The notes beneath the pieces are model-generated. The model was not told the DNA's origin, made no database searches, and was given only the letters and a program-made list of their open reading frames with translations. DNA of 64,000 bases from Rhodobiaceae bacterium (GTDB taxonomy: Bacteria; Pseudomonadota; Alphaproteobacteria; Rhizobiales; TMED25): contig JABIEF010000074.1 in NCBI GenBank assembly GCA_018651345.1, forward strand, positions 19,934-83,933, given 5' to 3'. Positions 28,885-39,059 of this stretch are shown here, in pieces. How positions within the stretch are numbered: position 1 is the stretch's first letter; each line of letters opens with the position of its first letter. The position numbers were made by a program, and so were the translations under genes.

Positions 28885-29640
28885 TTATAATAATGATATA
28901 ACAGATATTTGTCTTCCATAATCCGCTTCATTGTTGTGACACGACCTTCTGTAAGAGAAAAATTTTCTATTATCTTGGTAAGTACAATGATTTAATAAAT
29001 CAATTTCAGGTATTAATAAGTTAGATAGTTTTTTCTTGCAATATTCAGGTAAATCAAAATAAATTTTTTTATTATTTGTACATATGAATAATTCTTCATT
29101 ATTAGGGTTTAATCTAATAAAGTGTTTTCTAAACTCCTTACCAACTTCGTAAGATTTTTGCTGAATAGATGGGCCAATTGCAGCAATCATATTCTGAGGA
29201 TCTCCTCCAATTGAGAGCATATTTTTAATAGTATTTTCAATTATACCTGTTGACGCTCCTTTCCAACCAGCATGAATAGCTCCTATTATATGATTTTTCT
29301 TATCCATTATTAATATTGGAACACAGTCTGCTGTTAGTATTCCAAGGCCAATATTACTAGACGAAGTAATTATCGCATCTGCTATAATTTTTTTATCATG
29401 ATTATGTTTTATGATAACGCATTTATTCGAGTGGCCTTGTTGTGCCACTATTAACTCCTGCTCTTTCAAATTTAATTTTTCTGAAACGTAAGTTCTATTT
29501 TTTTTAATTGTAGATACATTATCATTTGAACTATAGCTGCAGTTCAGACTCGAATATAAACCATCAGAAAATCCTTTGTTCCTTGTAAAAAATGAATGTT
29601 GGCACATTGTATTTTTTTTTAACAGAGAAGAAATTATCAT
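28885..29640 (-). CDS. pgeF: YfiH/PgeF-family (laccase-domain) peptidoglycan editing factor
   Basis: QGHSNK, ADAIITS, LTADCVPIL and GAIHAGWKG. The track start (TTG 29670) would overlap the upstream gene by 20 nt, so I prefer the first ATG at 29640. The start remains uncertain. Confidence 0.8.
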   Translation of the reverse strand: MIISSLLKKNTMCQHSFFTRNKGFSDGLYSSLNCSYSSNDNVSTIKKNRTYVSEKLNLKEQELIVAQQGHSNKCVIIKHNHDKKIIADAIITSSSNIGLGILTADCVPILIMDKKNHIIGAIHAGWKGASTGIIENTIKNMLSIGGDPQNMIAAIGPSIQQKSYEVGKEFRKHFIRLNPNNEELFICTNNKKIYFDLPEYCKKKLSNLLIPEIDLLNHCTYQDNRKFFSYRRSCHNNEADYGRQISVISLL

Positions 29641-29650
29641 AATATACAGC

Positions 29651-30724
29651 CTAACTATTGAATGGTTCAATATTTTGAATATTACTACTTGTTATCGCTA
29701 TTACTTTGAAGATTGATCCCATTTCCTCTTTATCGATTAACTTATGTAATTGTTTTAATATTATATCGGGATCTAATTTAGGGTTATTCTTAATTAATGA
29801 TTGAGCTCTTTCGTTAATGCCTAATTTTAATAAAAACTCTCCCATTTCCATTGGTCCATAATATGAGACATCTAAATCTTTGCATACTTCACTGAATGAA
29901 TGGAAATTAACATAGGATGTGATGTCATCGTTACCAGGATTACTAAAAATTGATGTAAATTTATGCTTAGACATTGCCTGCAAAGTGTCTCCATACCCAT
30001 CTTTAATTTTAGCATAATCAATGATTAACATTATGCCATTATTTTTTTTAATTTTTTTACATAATGCAAGGAATATATTTTTTTGATAAGATGAGTATTC
30101 GTATATATTTGAATTTCGACCCTTTAAAGGTAACTTAATTTTAAGGGCATCATAGTTAGAGATAATTTTGGTTGTTAAAAAGAACTCTTCCTGTTTATTT
30201 ATATCCACTAACCTTTCATACCATCTGTAATCATCTGATATAAATTGTCTAATAGGAAGTGCGTCAAAGAATTCATTTGCAATAATTATAGATGGGATAT
30301 CCGGTATTTCGTCAATGTCTTCTATTCTCGCAAGTTTTAATTTAATATTTTTCTTTTGTTCTTTGAATAACTTATCGTTACTTTCTAGTGAATATAATTT
30401 CGTTTGATCTATAAATTCAGGAAATTTACTTGTAACTCTTAATATATCAGACATTAAAGTACCTTTTCCAGGTCCGAGCTCAACCATTGATATATTATTA
30501 TTTAATTTTTTCCAGCCATCAAATATCCATAATCCTATTATTTCTCCAAACATTTGGCTTATTTCAGGTGCGGTTATGAAGTCACCAGAGGATCCTATTG
30601 GGTTAGAGTTTATATAATATCCATATTCAGAATCGTATAAACAATATGCCATATAACGTTCGATGGTTATAGGGCCACTTATTTTTATTACATTAGATAT
30701 TTTAATCTTTAATTCTTTGCTCAT
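29651..30724 (-). CDS. class I SAM-dependent methyltransferase, MidA/NDUFAF7 (DUF185) family
   Basis: 357 aa. GDFITAPEISQMFGEIIGLW and ELGPGKGTLMSD, the characteristic MidA motifs. Confidence 0.8.
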   Translation of the reverse strand: MSKELKIKISNVIKISGPITIERYMAYCLYDSEYGYYINSNPIGSSGDFITAPEISQMFGEIIGLWIFDGWKKLNNNISMVELGPGKGTLMSDILRVTSKFPEFIDQTKLYSLESNDKLFKEQKKNIKLKLARIEDIDEIPDIPSIIIANEFFDALPIRQFISDDYRWYERLVDINKQEEFFLTTKIISNYDALKIKLPLKGRNSNIYEYSSYQKNIFLALCKKIKKNNGIMLIIDYAKIKDGYGDTLQAMSKHKFTSIFSNPGNDDITSYVNFHSFSEVCKDLDVSYYGPMEMGEFLLKLGINERAQSLIKNNPKLDPDIILKQLHKLIDKEEMGSIFKVIAITSSNIQNIEPFNS

Positions 30725-31522
30725 CTATTGGGTAGCTTTTATTTTTATATATAAATATAAGCCTGTTATAAACATAGGTATTGATAATAACATGCCAGTA
30801 GTTAGAGGTCCTATTAGGTAGCCTATATGAGTATCTGGAGCCCTAAAGAATTCTATGAATATTCTAAAAATACTATAATATATAAGAAATAATGAAGAAA
30901 TAATCCCTGGGTATTCCAAAGACCGATATTTATTTATTGATATTTTTAAGATTAAAAAAAGGATTAACCCTTCCAATAAGGCTTCGTATAATTGGGTAGG
31001 GTGCCTTGGAATCATATTCGTATGTGGAAATATTACACCCCATAGTAATGTAGTCTCATTCCCATATAATTCTCCATTAATAAAATTGGCTATACGTCCA
31101 AAGAATAGGCCAATTGGAGCTGCTGAGGCAATTAGATCTGTTAATGATAATAGTGGAATAGATTTTACATGAGCGTATATTATACAAGATAAGATAATCC
31201 CTAATAATCCTCCGTGGAACGACATTCCACCTTGCCAAATCTTAAATATATCAAGGGGATAATTAGAAAAATAATCTATATTATAAAATATAACATAACC
31301 AAATCTTCCACCAATAATGATACCCATTACAATCCACAATATTAAACCTTCAACCTTGTCTGAGGAGATATTAATATTATTATTTTTGACTAGCTTGGAT
31401 ATATAAAACCAGCCTATATAAATACCTAAAATATAAGCAATTGCGTACCAATGTATCTTAAAACCAATAATTTCAATTGCTACTGGATTGATTACGGGAG
31501 ATATTATAGCTGGTATAATCAT
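30725..31522 (-). CDS. lgt: prolipoprotein diacylglyceryl transferase
   Basis: 265-aa polytopic ORF. IHWYAIAY, GGRFGYV, GGMSFHGGLLG, GRIANFINGELYG and HPTQLYEA. Confidence 0.9.
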   Translation of the reverse strand: MIIPAIISPVINPVAIEIIGFKIHWYAIAYILGIYIGWFYISKLVKNNNINISSDKVEGLILWIVMGIIIGGRFGYVIFYNIDYFSNYPLDIFKIWQGGMSFHGGLLGIILSCIIYAHVKSIPLLSLTDLIASAAPIGLFFGRIANFINGELYGNETTLLWGVIFPHTNMIPRHPTQLYEALLEGLILFLILKISINKYRSLEYPGIISSLFLIYYSIFRIFIEFFRAPDTHIGYLIGPLTTGMLLSIPMFITGLYLYIKIKATQ

Positions 31523-31627
31523 ATTATCTTTTATTTTATAATATCTTTAATTTCTTTAATTATTATATTATATATAAATATATAAATATATAAAGTATTG
31601 TTGTTTTTATATTTGAAAGATTTATTT

Positions 31628-31936
31628 ATGGTTCAAACTACTTCTAAACTATTCGATGAGATTGCAAAGGTTTTAACTAGTACGGCTGGCGCTGCACAGG
31701 GTTTAAAATCAGAGTTAGATATCGTTGTTAAAACACAGGTTGAAAGATTGTTAAATGATTTAGATGTTGTGCAAAGAGAAGAGTTTGACGCTCTTAAGAA
31801 AATGTTGGTAAAATCAAGAGAGAAGAATGATATTCTAGAAGTTCGTATAAAAGAACTAGAAGAACTAATAAAATATAATATCAAAAATCAGAAATCCTCA
31901 AAAAAAAATACAATAATTAAAGATAAAAAAAATTAA
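31628..31936 (+). CDS. ubiK: UbiK/BMFP-family accessory (coiled-coil) protein
   Basis: LFDEIAKVLTSTAGAAQGLKSE....VERLLNDLDVVQREEFDALKKM matches the UbiK/YqiC pattern. I prefer the ATG at 31628 over the track's 31598. Confidence 0.72.
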   Translation: MVQTTSKLFDEIAKVLTSTAGAAQGLKSELDIVVKTQVERLLNDLDVVQREEFDALKKMLVKSREKNDILEVRIKELEELIKYNIKNQKSSKKNTIIKDKKN

Positions 31937-32107
31937 AATCTTTCTAATATAATTATTGAAACATCGGTGGATAATTCATTTTATTTTCTTAATATCCCTA
32001 TAAATGTATTTCTGTAAATTAAAAATTAATAATTTAAGTTCTGAATAGTAGCTAACGATTAGAGTTTTTTATTTTTTATAAAAAATTTATAAGTATAGGA
32101 ACTATAA

Positions 32108-32608
32108 ATGAAATTATTAGAAGAAAGTTTTGATAGAATTTTACACCCTATAGATATAATAGAAGATATTGCTTCTGTTCAGTCACTCCCTTTTAATAGA
32201 ACTGCTGATGATGAGATTAGTATGTCTGTTTCTGGCAAGTGGTGTAATTATGAAATTAATTTTAATTGGCATGATGATCTAGAGGGGCTACATTTAGCAT
32301 GTATCTTTGATGCAAAAATACCAAAACATCGTTTGGAAGAGGTTTTTAGATTAACGGCTAAAATCAATGAGTTACAGTGGTTTGGTCATTTTGATATCTG
32401 GTCACGAGAACCAAAATTACTATTTAGATATAGTTTACTTTTATCGGGCGGGGTTAATCCTAGCATAGAACAATGCAAAGCCATGATGCAGCATGTCATT
32501 AAAGCTTCAGAGAAATATTATCCAAGTTTTCAATATGTTATTTGGGGGGGTAATACTGCGGAACAAGCGATTGAAAATGCTCTATTTGAAACTGTAGGAG
32601 AATCATGA
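32108..32608 (+). CDS. YbjN-domain protein (putative sensory-transduction/chaperone-like)
   Basis: 166 aa. The call rests on size, acidic composition and position overlapping proC by 4 nt, a common alphaproteobacterial arrangement. The family assignment comes from recall only. Confidence 0.55.
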   Translation: MKLLEESFDRILHPIDIIEDIASVQSLPFNRTADDEISMSVSGKWCNYEINFNWHDDLEGLHLACIFDAKIPKHRLEEVFRLTAKINELQWFGHFDIWSREPKLLFRYSLLLSGGVNPSIEQCKAMMQHVIKASEKYYPSFQYVIWGGNTAEQAIENALFETVGES

Positions 32609-33429
32609 GACTAAATTTGATCAAAAACTTGACGATTGTTGGTGCTGGTAAAATGGGCAAGGCTCTTATATCCGGTTGGATTTCAAATGGTTTACCAAAA
32701 GAAGAACTAACTATTATAGGTCGAGATATCAAAGGAAGCTCAATCTTAATAAATGATCACATAGTAAATATTACTACGTATAAAGAAAAAAATATTAAAT
32801 CTAATATATTGGTATTAGCTGTTAAGCCACAGATAATGCCAGCTGTATTGAAAAAAATAATCCCAATCATAGATTCAAATACCATTATTGTATCTATTGC
32901 AGCGGGGATAACAATGAAATCTATGAGAAGCCATATAGGTAATGAAAATAGAATTATTAGAGCAATGCCCAATACACCTGCGGCTATTGGCAAGGGTATG
33001 ACTGTATTATTTTCGGATAAGGAATTAAATGATATTGAAAAAAATTCTGTTACAGATCTTATGGCAGCTGTAGGTGAAGTTAAGTGGGTAATAAAAGAAG
33101 ATATTATGAATCTGATTACAGCTATATCTGGAAGTGGCCCTGCCTATTTTTTCTATTTAACTGAATGTTTGATGAATATTGCAAAATTAGAAGGCTTAGA
33201 TGAAGAATTATCTGGACAATTGAGTATAGAGACATTTATTGGATCCGCATCTTTGGTTGAAAAATATAAAACAATGTCAATTAAGGAGCACAGAAAAAAT
33301 GTTACATCACCTGGAGGTACAACTGAAGCTGCATTAAATATATTAATGTCACAAGATATACTCCAGGATTTAATGCATAAAGCAGTAAAATCAGCCGTTC
33401 AGAGAGGTAATATATTATCTGGAGAATAA
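32605..33429 (+). CDS. proC: pyrroline-5-carboxylate reductase
   Basis: 274 aa. VGAGKMG, LAVKPQ, RAMPNTPA, SGSGPAY and SPGGTTEAAL. Confidence 0.9.
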   Translation: MRLNLIKNLTIVGAGKMGKALISGWISNGLPKEELTIIGRDIKGSSILINDHIVNITTYKEKNIKSNILVLAVKPQIMPAVLKKIIPIIDSNTIIVSIAAGITMKSMRSHIGNENRIIRAMPNTPAAIGKGMTVLFSDKELNDIEKNSVTDLMAAVGEVKWVIKEDIMNLITAISGSGPAYFFYLTECLMNIAKLEGLDEELSGQLSIETFIGSASLVEKYKTMSIKEHRKNVTSPGGTTEAALNILMSQDILQDLMHKAVKSAVQRGNILSGE

Positions 33430-33486
33430 AGTAATTGACCTTTTTAAAAAACCTTATATTTTTTATTAATAATAAGGGAGTTTAAT

Positions 33487-34122
33487 TTGGCTAAAACAAA
33501 AACAAAATCAAATAAAATAATACAAACTACTCTAGATTTACTCAGAGAGTATGAATTAATTGATATATCATTTTCGATGATAGCAGAAAAATCTAACTTA
33601 GATATTAGTGATATTAAAGTATACTTCTTAGATGTTGATTCAATTATTCACGCACACTTTGATAACATTGATCTGCGAATGATAGATGATTATTCATCGA
33701 ATATTGTTGAAGAGACAAGTAAAGAAATTATATTTAATATTATTATGAGTAGATTGGATTTATTAAATGAAAATAAAATTTCAATTAAAAGGCTATCAAA
33801 CAGTAAAGCTAATATAAAAATTTCATTCTTTCTTAGGTCGTCGAGAATACAAAAGTGGATATTGCAAGAGGCAAATATAGATTCAGTCGGATTTGAAAAA
33901 ATAATCAATCAATATGGTTTGATCTATGTATATACAAGAACATTAGCTATATGGCTTGAAGATGACGATCCAATGATGTCAAAAACCATGGCATTCCTTG
34001 ATAAAACTTTAACTAAAGGTGAAAAATATATTCAAAACATCCAAGTTCCGATTAAGATAATTAATGCTATGAGCAAAATTGGACAACAATTTTTTTCCAA
34101 AATGAAAAATAAAAAGGCTTAA
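33487..34122 (+). CDS. TetR-fold protein (TetR/AcrR-like or COQ9-like)
   Basis: 211 aa. The N-terminus IIQTTLDLLREYELIDISFSMIAEKSNLDISDIKVYF looks like a TetR helix-turn-helix. TTG start with AAGGGAG 7 nt upstream. Confidence 0.5.
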   Translation: MAKTKTKSNKIIQTTLDLLREYELIDISFSMIAEKSNLDISDIKVYFLDVDSIIHAHFDNIDLRMIDDYSSNIVEETSKEIIFNIIMSRLDLLNENKISIKRLSNSKANIKISFFLRSSRIQKWILQEANIDSVGFEKIINQYGLIYVYTRTLAIWLEDDDPMMSKTMAFLDKTLTKGEKYIQNIQVPIKIINAMSKIGQQFFSKMKNKKA

Positions 34123-34205
34123 CTTAAAAAGTTTCATTAATTAGCTTCATTATTTGAAATTAATAATGTAAAAAATATAATAAGATTTATTAAGAGGAAT
34201 AATTT

Positions 34206-35081
34206 ATGTCAACTGCATATTTTGATCAAAGAGATGGTTTTATTTGGCTAAATGGAGAGTTAGTTCCATGGGCTGATGCTAAATTACATGTTTTAAGTCA
34301 CGCCCTTCATTACGCGAGCGCAGTATTCGAGGGTGAGCGAGTATACGGTAAATCAATATATAAGTTGCAACCTCATACTGATAGGCTTTTCTATTCTGCT
34401 GAAGTAATGGATTTAAATATTCCATATACAAAAAAAGAAATTAATAACGCCTGTAATTCTACGGTAATCGAGAATTCAATAGTAGATGGTTATGTAAGGC
34501 CTATAGTTTGGAGGGGATCTGAAATGATGGGAGTTGCAGCTCAATCTACTAAAATAAACGTAGCTATTGCAACTTGGGAATGGCCTTCTTATTTTGATCC
34601 TGAAGAAAGACTTAAAGGAATCAGGCTAAATATTTCAAAATGGAAGAGGCCTTCACCTGATACAATCCCATGTGATACAAAAGCGGCAGGTTTATATATG
34701 ATATGCACATTATCTAAGCATGACGCAGAAAGAGATGGGTATGCCGATTCATTAATGCTGGATTACAGGGGTAGAATAGCTGAGGCTACGGGGGCTAATA
34801 TATTCTTTGTTTCAGGTAATGAAATTCATACACCACTTCCTGATTGTTTCTTGGATGGGATAACAAGACGAACTGTCATTTCCTTGGCAAAGAAGAGAGG
34901 ATACGCGGTTGTAGAAAGAGCTATTCAACCAGATGAGATGAAAAATTTTACAGAATGTTTTTTAACAGGTACAGCTGTTGAAGTTACGCCTGTATCTGAA
35001 ATAGATCAGTATAATTTTCATCCCGGTGAAATAACAAAGAATTTAATGGAAGATTATTTATTAGAAGTTAATAGTAAATAG
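34206..35081 (+). CDS. ilvE: branched-chain amino acid aminotransferase (fold type IV)
   Basis: 291 aa. HALHYASAVFEG.R.Y, VRP..WRG, KAAG.Y, ANIFFV and LDGITRR. Confidence 0.88.
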   Translation: MSTAYFDQRDGFIWLNGELVPWADAKLHVLSHALHYASAVFEGERVYGKSIYKLQPHTDRLFYSAEVMDLNIPYTKKEINNACNSTVIENSIVDGYVRPIVWRGSEMMGVAAQSTKINVAIATWEWPSYFDPEERLKGIRLNISKWKRPSPDTIPCDTKAAGLYMICTLSKHDAERDGYADSLMLDYRGRIAEATGANIFFVSGNEIHTPLPDCFLDGITRRTVISLAKKRGYAVVERAIQPDEMKNFTECFLTGTAVEVTPVSEIDQYNFHPGEITKNLMEDYLLEVNSK

Positions 35082-35082
35082 A

Positions 35083-35517
35083 TTACCATTTTTCTTTTGA
35101 AAGAAGGTCAGATTCTTTTGTCTTAACCCAATCTCTGTGTTCAGAATACTCTTCATTCTTCCAAATAGGTACTTCGGTTTTTAGGTAATCAATTATAAAT
35201 TGATTAGCTTCTATTGACTGACTTCGATGTTCTGACGCTGTTATTATTAATACAATATTATCACCAGGATAAAGCTTCCCATATCTGTGAATAACAGTTG
35301 CTGTTATTATATCCCACCTATTCTTAGCTTTATTAATTATTTTTTCTATTTCTTTAACAGCCATGGTTTCATAGCACTCAAGGGTCATAGAAATTAAGTT
35401 ATTATCTGGTCTAACTTTTCCTATAAAGGATACTACAGATCCTATATTATCTGATAATATATTTATTGAATCAAGTTCATTGGATATATTAAAGTCTTCT
35501 TTTTGAATTTTAATCAC
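35083..35517 (-). CDS. moaE: molybdopterin synthase catalytic subunit
   Basis: 144 aa. GSVVSFIGKVR, IHRYGKL.PGD.IVLI and HR..S.EA..F.ID.LK...P.WK. Confidence 0.85.
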   Translation of the reverse strand: MIKIQKEDFNISNELDSINILSDNIGSVVSFIGKVRPDNNLISMTLECYETMAVKEIEKIINKAKNRWDIITATVIHRYGKLYPGDNIVLIITASEHRSQSIEANQFIIDYLKTEVPIWKNEEYSEHRDWVKTKESDLLSKEKW

Positions 35518-35523
35518 TCTTAA

Positions 35524-35775
35524 TCACCCGCCCGTCACTGGAGGAAAAAAAGCTATTTCCTTGGCATTCTCTATACTACAGGAATAATCCTGTAATTCTA
35601 AATCAATGGCAGCTTTTACTAGTTCTCTATTTTTAAATACTTCTACAAAAGCTTCATCTTCTGATACCAACCAATCTATTAGGTCTCCTAAAGTTTTTAT
35701 ACCAATTGGGATATCTATGTTTTCTTCGTCTTTTCCTAATATTTCTTTAACCCATGCAAAATATTTTAATTTCAT
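35524..35775 (-). CDS. moaD: molybdopterin synthase sulfur-carrier subunit
   Basis: 83-aa ubiquitin-like ORF ending in FFPPVTGG (C-terminal Gly-Gly), directly upstream of moaE. Confidence 0.82.
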   Translation of the reverse strand: MKLKYFAWVKEILGKDEENIDIPIGIKTLGDLIDWLVSEDEAFVEVFKNRELVKAAIDLELQDYSCSIENAKEIAFFPPVTGG

Positions 35776-36350
35776 GTTTTTAGCTCTTTTGTTATAAAAA
35801 TAATAGATTTATTGATATATTGATATAAAGTTATAATTGTTAAAGTTGCCGTTATCCATAATATTATTTGGTTAATATATATAATATTTTTAATTAATTC
35901 AGGGAAGATTGATTGAGTAAAGAAGCCAACTATTACGATCATTTGTAGTGCAGTTTTCCATTTTGATAAATGAATTACCGTGATTTCAAAATTGTAGTGC
36001 GATAAGAATTCTCTCATTGCCATAATGATAATTTCTCTTGCAATAATAATTAGAACTGCATAAATGCTATAGCCAGTTATGGTTTGATCACTTATAAATA
36101 AAATAAATACCATAATTATAAGCAGTTTATCAGCAATAGGATCTAATATTTTGCCTAATAGAGATTCAAGTGAAAACTTTCTTGCTATATATCCATCCAG
36201 AAAATCTGTAATTGATGCGTATGTAAATAGAAAAAATGCGATTAATTTACTATTTTCAGTGGGATTGATAAAACATATTGTTATAAATAATATTGATATA
36301 ATTCTAGTGTAAGTTAATACATTTGGAATTAGTAGAATATCTTTTTTCAT
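35772..36350 (-). CDS. pgsA: CDP-diacylglycerol--glycerol-3-phosphate 3-phosphatidyltransferase
   Basis: 192 aa. CDP-alcohol phosphatidyltransferase motif DGYIARKF.....[10 protein letters not shown]. It overlaps the moaD start by 4 nt. Confidence 0.85.
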   Translation of the reverse strand: MKKDILLIPNVLTYTRIISILFITICFINPTENSKLIAFFLFTYASITDFLDGYIARKFSLESLLGKILDPIADKLLIIMVFILFISDQTITGYSIYAVLIIIAREIIIMAMREFLSHYNFEITVIHLSKWKTALQMIVIVGFFTQSIFPELIKNIIYINQIILWITATLTIITLYQYINKSIIFITKELKT

Positions 36351-36364
36351 TATATCATTCCTTT

Positions 36365-38266
36365 CTATAATCTATCTTCATGGAAGTAAGAATAGATTTC
36401 TTTAGCCATTCTTTTGCTTATGCCTGTAACTTGTAAAAGATCTTCATGAGAAGCTTTCTCTAATGATTTTATAGTTCCAAAATATTTTAATAATTCTTTT
36501 TTTCTTTTTGGTCCAATATTTTGGATTGAATCTAGTGACGATGAGCTAATCGCCATTCTTCTCCTTATTCTATTGCTACCAATTGCAAAACGATGAGCCT
36601 CATCTCTTAACCTTTGTAAAAAGAATAATACAGGATCATTCTTATTTAATCTAAAAGCTTTTTTATTCTTCATGTAAAAATGTTCGGGTCCAGTGTTGCG
36701 AATAAAGTTCTTTGCTATGGCAATAACATCGATATCACTAATTCCAAGTTCATCTAGTACATTATAAGTAATATTTAATTGACCTAACCCGCCATCAATT
36801 ATAATTAGATCGGGGTATTGTTCCGATCCATTATTTGATGATATTTTTCCAAGCCTTCTTTCTAATACCTCTTTCATCATAGCATAATCATCACCCGGTT
36901 TCATATCTTGTGATTTAATATTAAACTTCCTGTAATTATTTTTTTGAAAGCCATCTTCTCCTGCAACCACCATACAACCGACTGCATATTGTCCTTGAAT
37001 GTGACTGTTGTCATATATTTCAATTCTCTTGGGTATCTTTCTTAGATTAAATATATCCTTCATTTCTGCTAGTAGTTTTTTTTGCGTTTTTGATTCTAAT
37101 AATTTTCTATCTAGAGATTCTTTTGCATTTAAACTCGCATGTTTTACAATTTTATATTTTTCACCTTTTTTTGGAACTGATATATTTATTTTCTTTTTTT
37201 CTTTAATTGATAACGCGTCGCATAATATATTTTGATTAATAATATTATTGGGCAATAAAATAACTTCAGGGCAGGGATGAGTGGTATAAAATTGAGCTAA
37301 AAATGCATCAAGAATGAGATCTGGGCTTATATCATTGTCGGCTCTCGGGAAGTATTCTTTATTTCCCCAGTTTTGGCCAGCTCTAAAGAAAAAAACTTGA
37401 ATGCAAAATACTCCATCTTTTCCATATATTCCAAAAATATCAGCATTTACTAGAAATTTAGAGTTAATTATTTGTTTGGATTGAATTTGTGATATCGCTT
37501 CTAGTCTGTCTCTTAATATGGCAGCACCTTCATAATCAAGAGATTTTGATAGATCTTGCATTTCTTGGTAGATAGTATTTGTTACTTCCTCGGTTTTACC
37601 ATTTAGGAAAAGATTTAACCCATCAACTAGCTTCTTGTATTCAATCGGTTTAATCTCTTCTGTACATGGAGCTGAACATCGTTTTATTTGGTAAAGGAGG
37701 CAAGGTCTAGAACGGTTATTGAATACGTTATCTGTACATGTTCTTAACAGGAAAGCCTTTTGAAATGCATTAATGCTTTTATTAACAGAACTAGCGGATA
37801 TAAATGGGCCATAATAATCGCCTTTGTAAATATTTTTACCTCTGTGTTTCATTAACCTTGGGGCTTGGTGTTCTTTGTTAATGAGGATCTTTAAAAAAGA
37901 TTTATCATCTCTCATAAGAATATTAAATGGGGGTTTATATTTTTTTATTAAATTTGCTTCGAGTAACAAAGCTTCAGTTTCAGATTTTGTTATTATGAAT
38001 TCCATCTTGTTAGTTTGCGATATCATTCGTTTTATTCTGTTGGACTGACTGTTTATGTTTGTATAGCTTTTTACCCTTTTTTTTAAATTTTTTGCTTTTC
38101 CAATATAGAGGATATTATTGTCAATATTTATCATTCTATAAACACCTGGAGAAGATGTTAAAATTTTAGCATAGTTATTAATTACCTCTTTCCCTTTTTC
38201 TAAATTGTGAGAAATGCTTAAGTTTTTTATGTTTTTTTGTTCTTCTTTTAATGCAATTTTATTCAT
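36365..38266 (-). CDS. uvrC: excinuclease ABC subunit C
   Basis: 633 aa. GIY-YIG domain (GVYRM....[14 protein letters not shown]), UVR domain, endonuclease V-like domain and C-terminal (HhH)2. Confidence 0.93.
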   Translation of the reverse strand: MNKIALKEEQKNIKNLSISHNLEKGKEVINNYAKILTSSPGVYRMINIDNNILYIGKAKNLKKRVKSYTNINSQSNRIKRMISQTNKMEFIITKSETEALLLEANLIKKYKPPFNILMRDDKSFLKILINKEHQAPRLMKHRGKNIYKGDYYGPFISASSVNKSINAFQKAFLLRTCTDNVFNNRSRPCLLYQIKRCSAPCTEEIKPIEYKKLVDGLNLFLNGKTEEVTNTIYQEMQDLSKSLDYEGAAILRDRLEAISQIQSKQIINSKFLVNADIFGIYGKDGVFCIQVFFFRAGQNWGNKEYFPRADNDISPDLILDAFLAQFYTTHPCPEVILLPNNIINQNILCDALSIKEKKKINISVPKKGEKYKIVKHASLNAKESLDRKLLESKTQKKLLAEMKDIFNLRKIPKRIEIYDNSHIQGQYAVGCMVVAGEDGFQKNNYRKFNIKSQDMKPGDDYAMMKEVLERRLGKISSNNGSEQYPDLIIIDGGLGQLNITYNVLDELGISDIDVIAIAKNFIRNTGPEHFYMKNKKAFRLNKNDPVLFFLQRLRDEAHRFAIGSNRIRRRMAISSSSLDSIQNIGPKRKKELLKYFGTIKSLEKASHEDLLQVTGISKRMAKEIYSYFHEDRL

Positions 38267-38297
38267 TTTTACAAATTAATATCAAAGTTATTATTAG

Positions 38298-39029
38298 TTA
38301 ATTAGCAAGATGTTGACCGGAATCTATTGCAATCATTTGCCCTGTGACTGATGTTGTATTTAGGATAAATTTTATCGCGTTATTAATATCGGATAGTTTG
38401 GGTGTTTTTTTTAAGAGAGTTGATAGAACTTCCTCGTCAAAATCTTTTTTACTTTGTTTTTTATTCATGAGAATTGGTCCTGGTCCAATAGCATTTACTC
38501 TAATAAGTGGACTGTAGGCTTGAGCTAGAGTTTGCGTTACTCCCCATAACCCAAATTTACTGATTGTATAACTTAAGTGAGATGGATTTAATTTTAAAAC
38601 TCTTTGATCTATAATATTGATTATGTTGTTATCTTCACCTTCAGTGACTTGTTCAGAAAAATATTTAGAGAGTATAACTGGAGCTCTTAGATTTATATTG
38701 ATATGATTGTTAAAGCTATCATTATTTACGCTAAAAGCATTGTCTTCTTCAAAAAGTGATGCACAATTTATTAAAGCATTAATTTTACCCATTTTGTTAT
38801 TAATAATAGGAAATATATTATTTACATCATCAATATCATTAAGGTTTGCTTTTACAACATCAGCGACATGACCGTCTTTAATTATTTGCTCAGCTAATTC
38901 ATTAGCTTCTTTATCTGAATTGTTATAATGAATTACAATATTCCATGAGTTTTTAGCTAAATCTGATGCAATTGACTTACCTATTCTTTTAGCCGCTCCT
39001 GTTATTAACACTGTTTTATTATTTATCAT
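38298..39029 (-). CDS. short-chain dehydrogenase/reductase (FolM/pteridine-reductase-like)
   Basis: 243 aa. TGAAKRIG cofactor motif, NCAS and catalytic YTISK. Confidence 0.78.
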   Translation of the reverse strand: MINNKTVLITGAAKRIGKSIASDLAKNSWNIVIHYNNSDKEANELAEQIIKDGHVADVVKANLNDIDDVNNIFPIINNKMGKINALINCASLFEEDNAFSVNNDSFNNHININLRAPVILSKYFSEQVTEGEDNNIINIIDQRVLKLNPSHLSYTISKFGLWGVTQTLAQAYSPLIRVNAIGPGPILMNKKQSKKDFDEEVLSTLLKKTPKLSDINNAIKFILNTTSVTGQMIAIDSGQHLAN

Positions 39030-39059
39030 CTATATAGAAATCCTAATATAATTATTATT

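Noticed and set aside
32054-32064. A shared 10-mer TAACGATTAG occurs in two intergenic regions, at about 32055 upstream of the YbjN-proC genes and at about 62291 upstream of the SahR-like gene. I considered it as a possible common regulatory site.
   Set aside because: There are only two copies, the symmetry is weak (4-bp arms), and the downstream genes are functionally unrelated. The evidence is insufficient without a genome-wide motif search.
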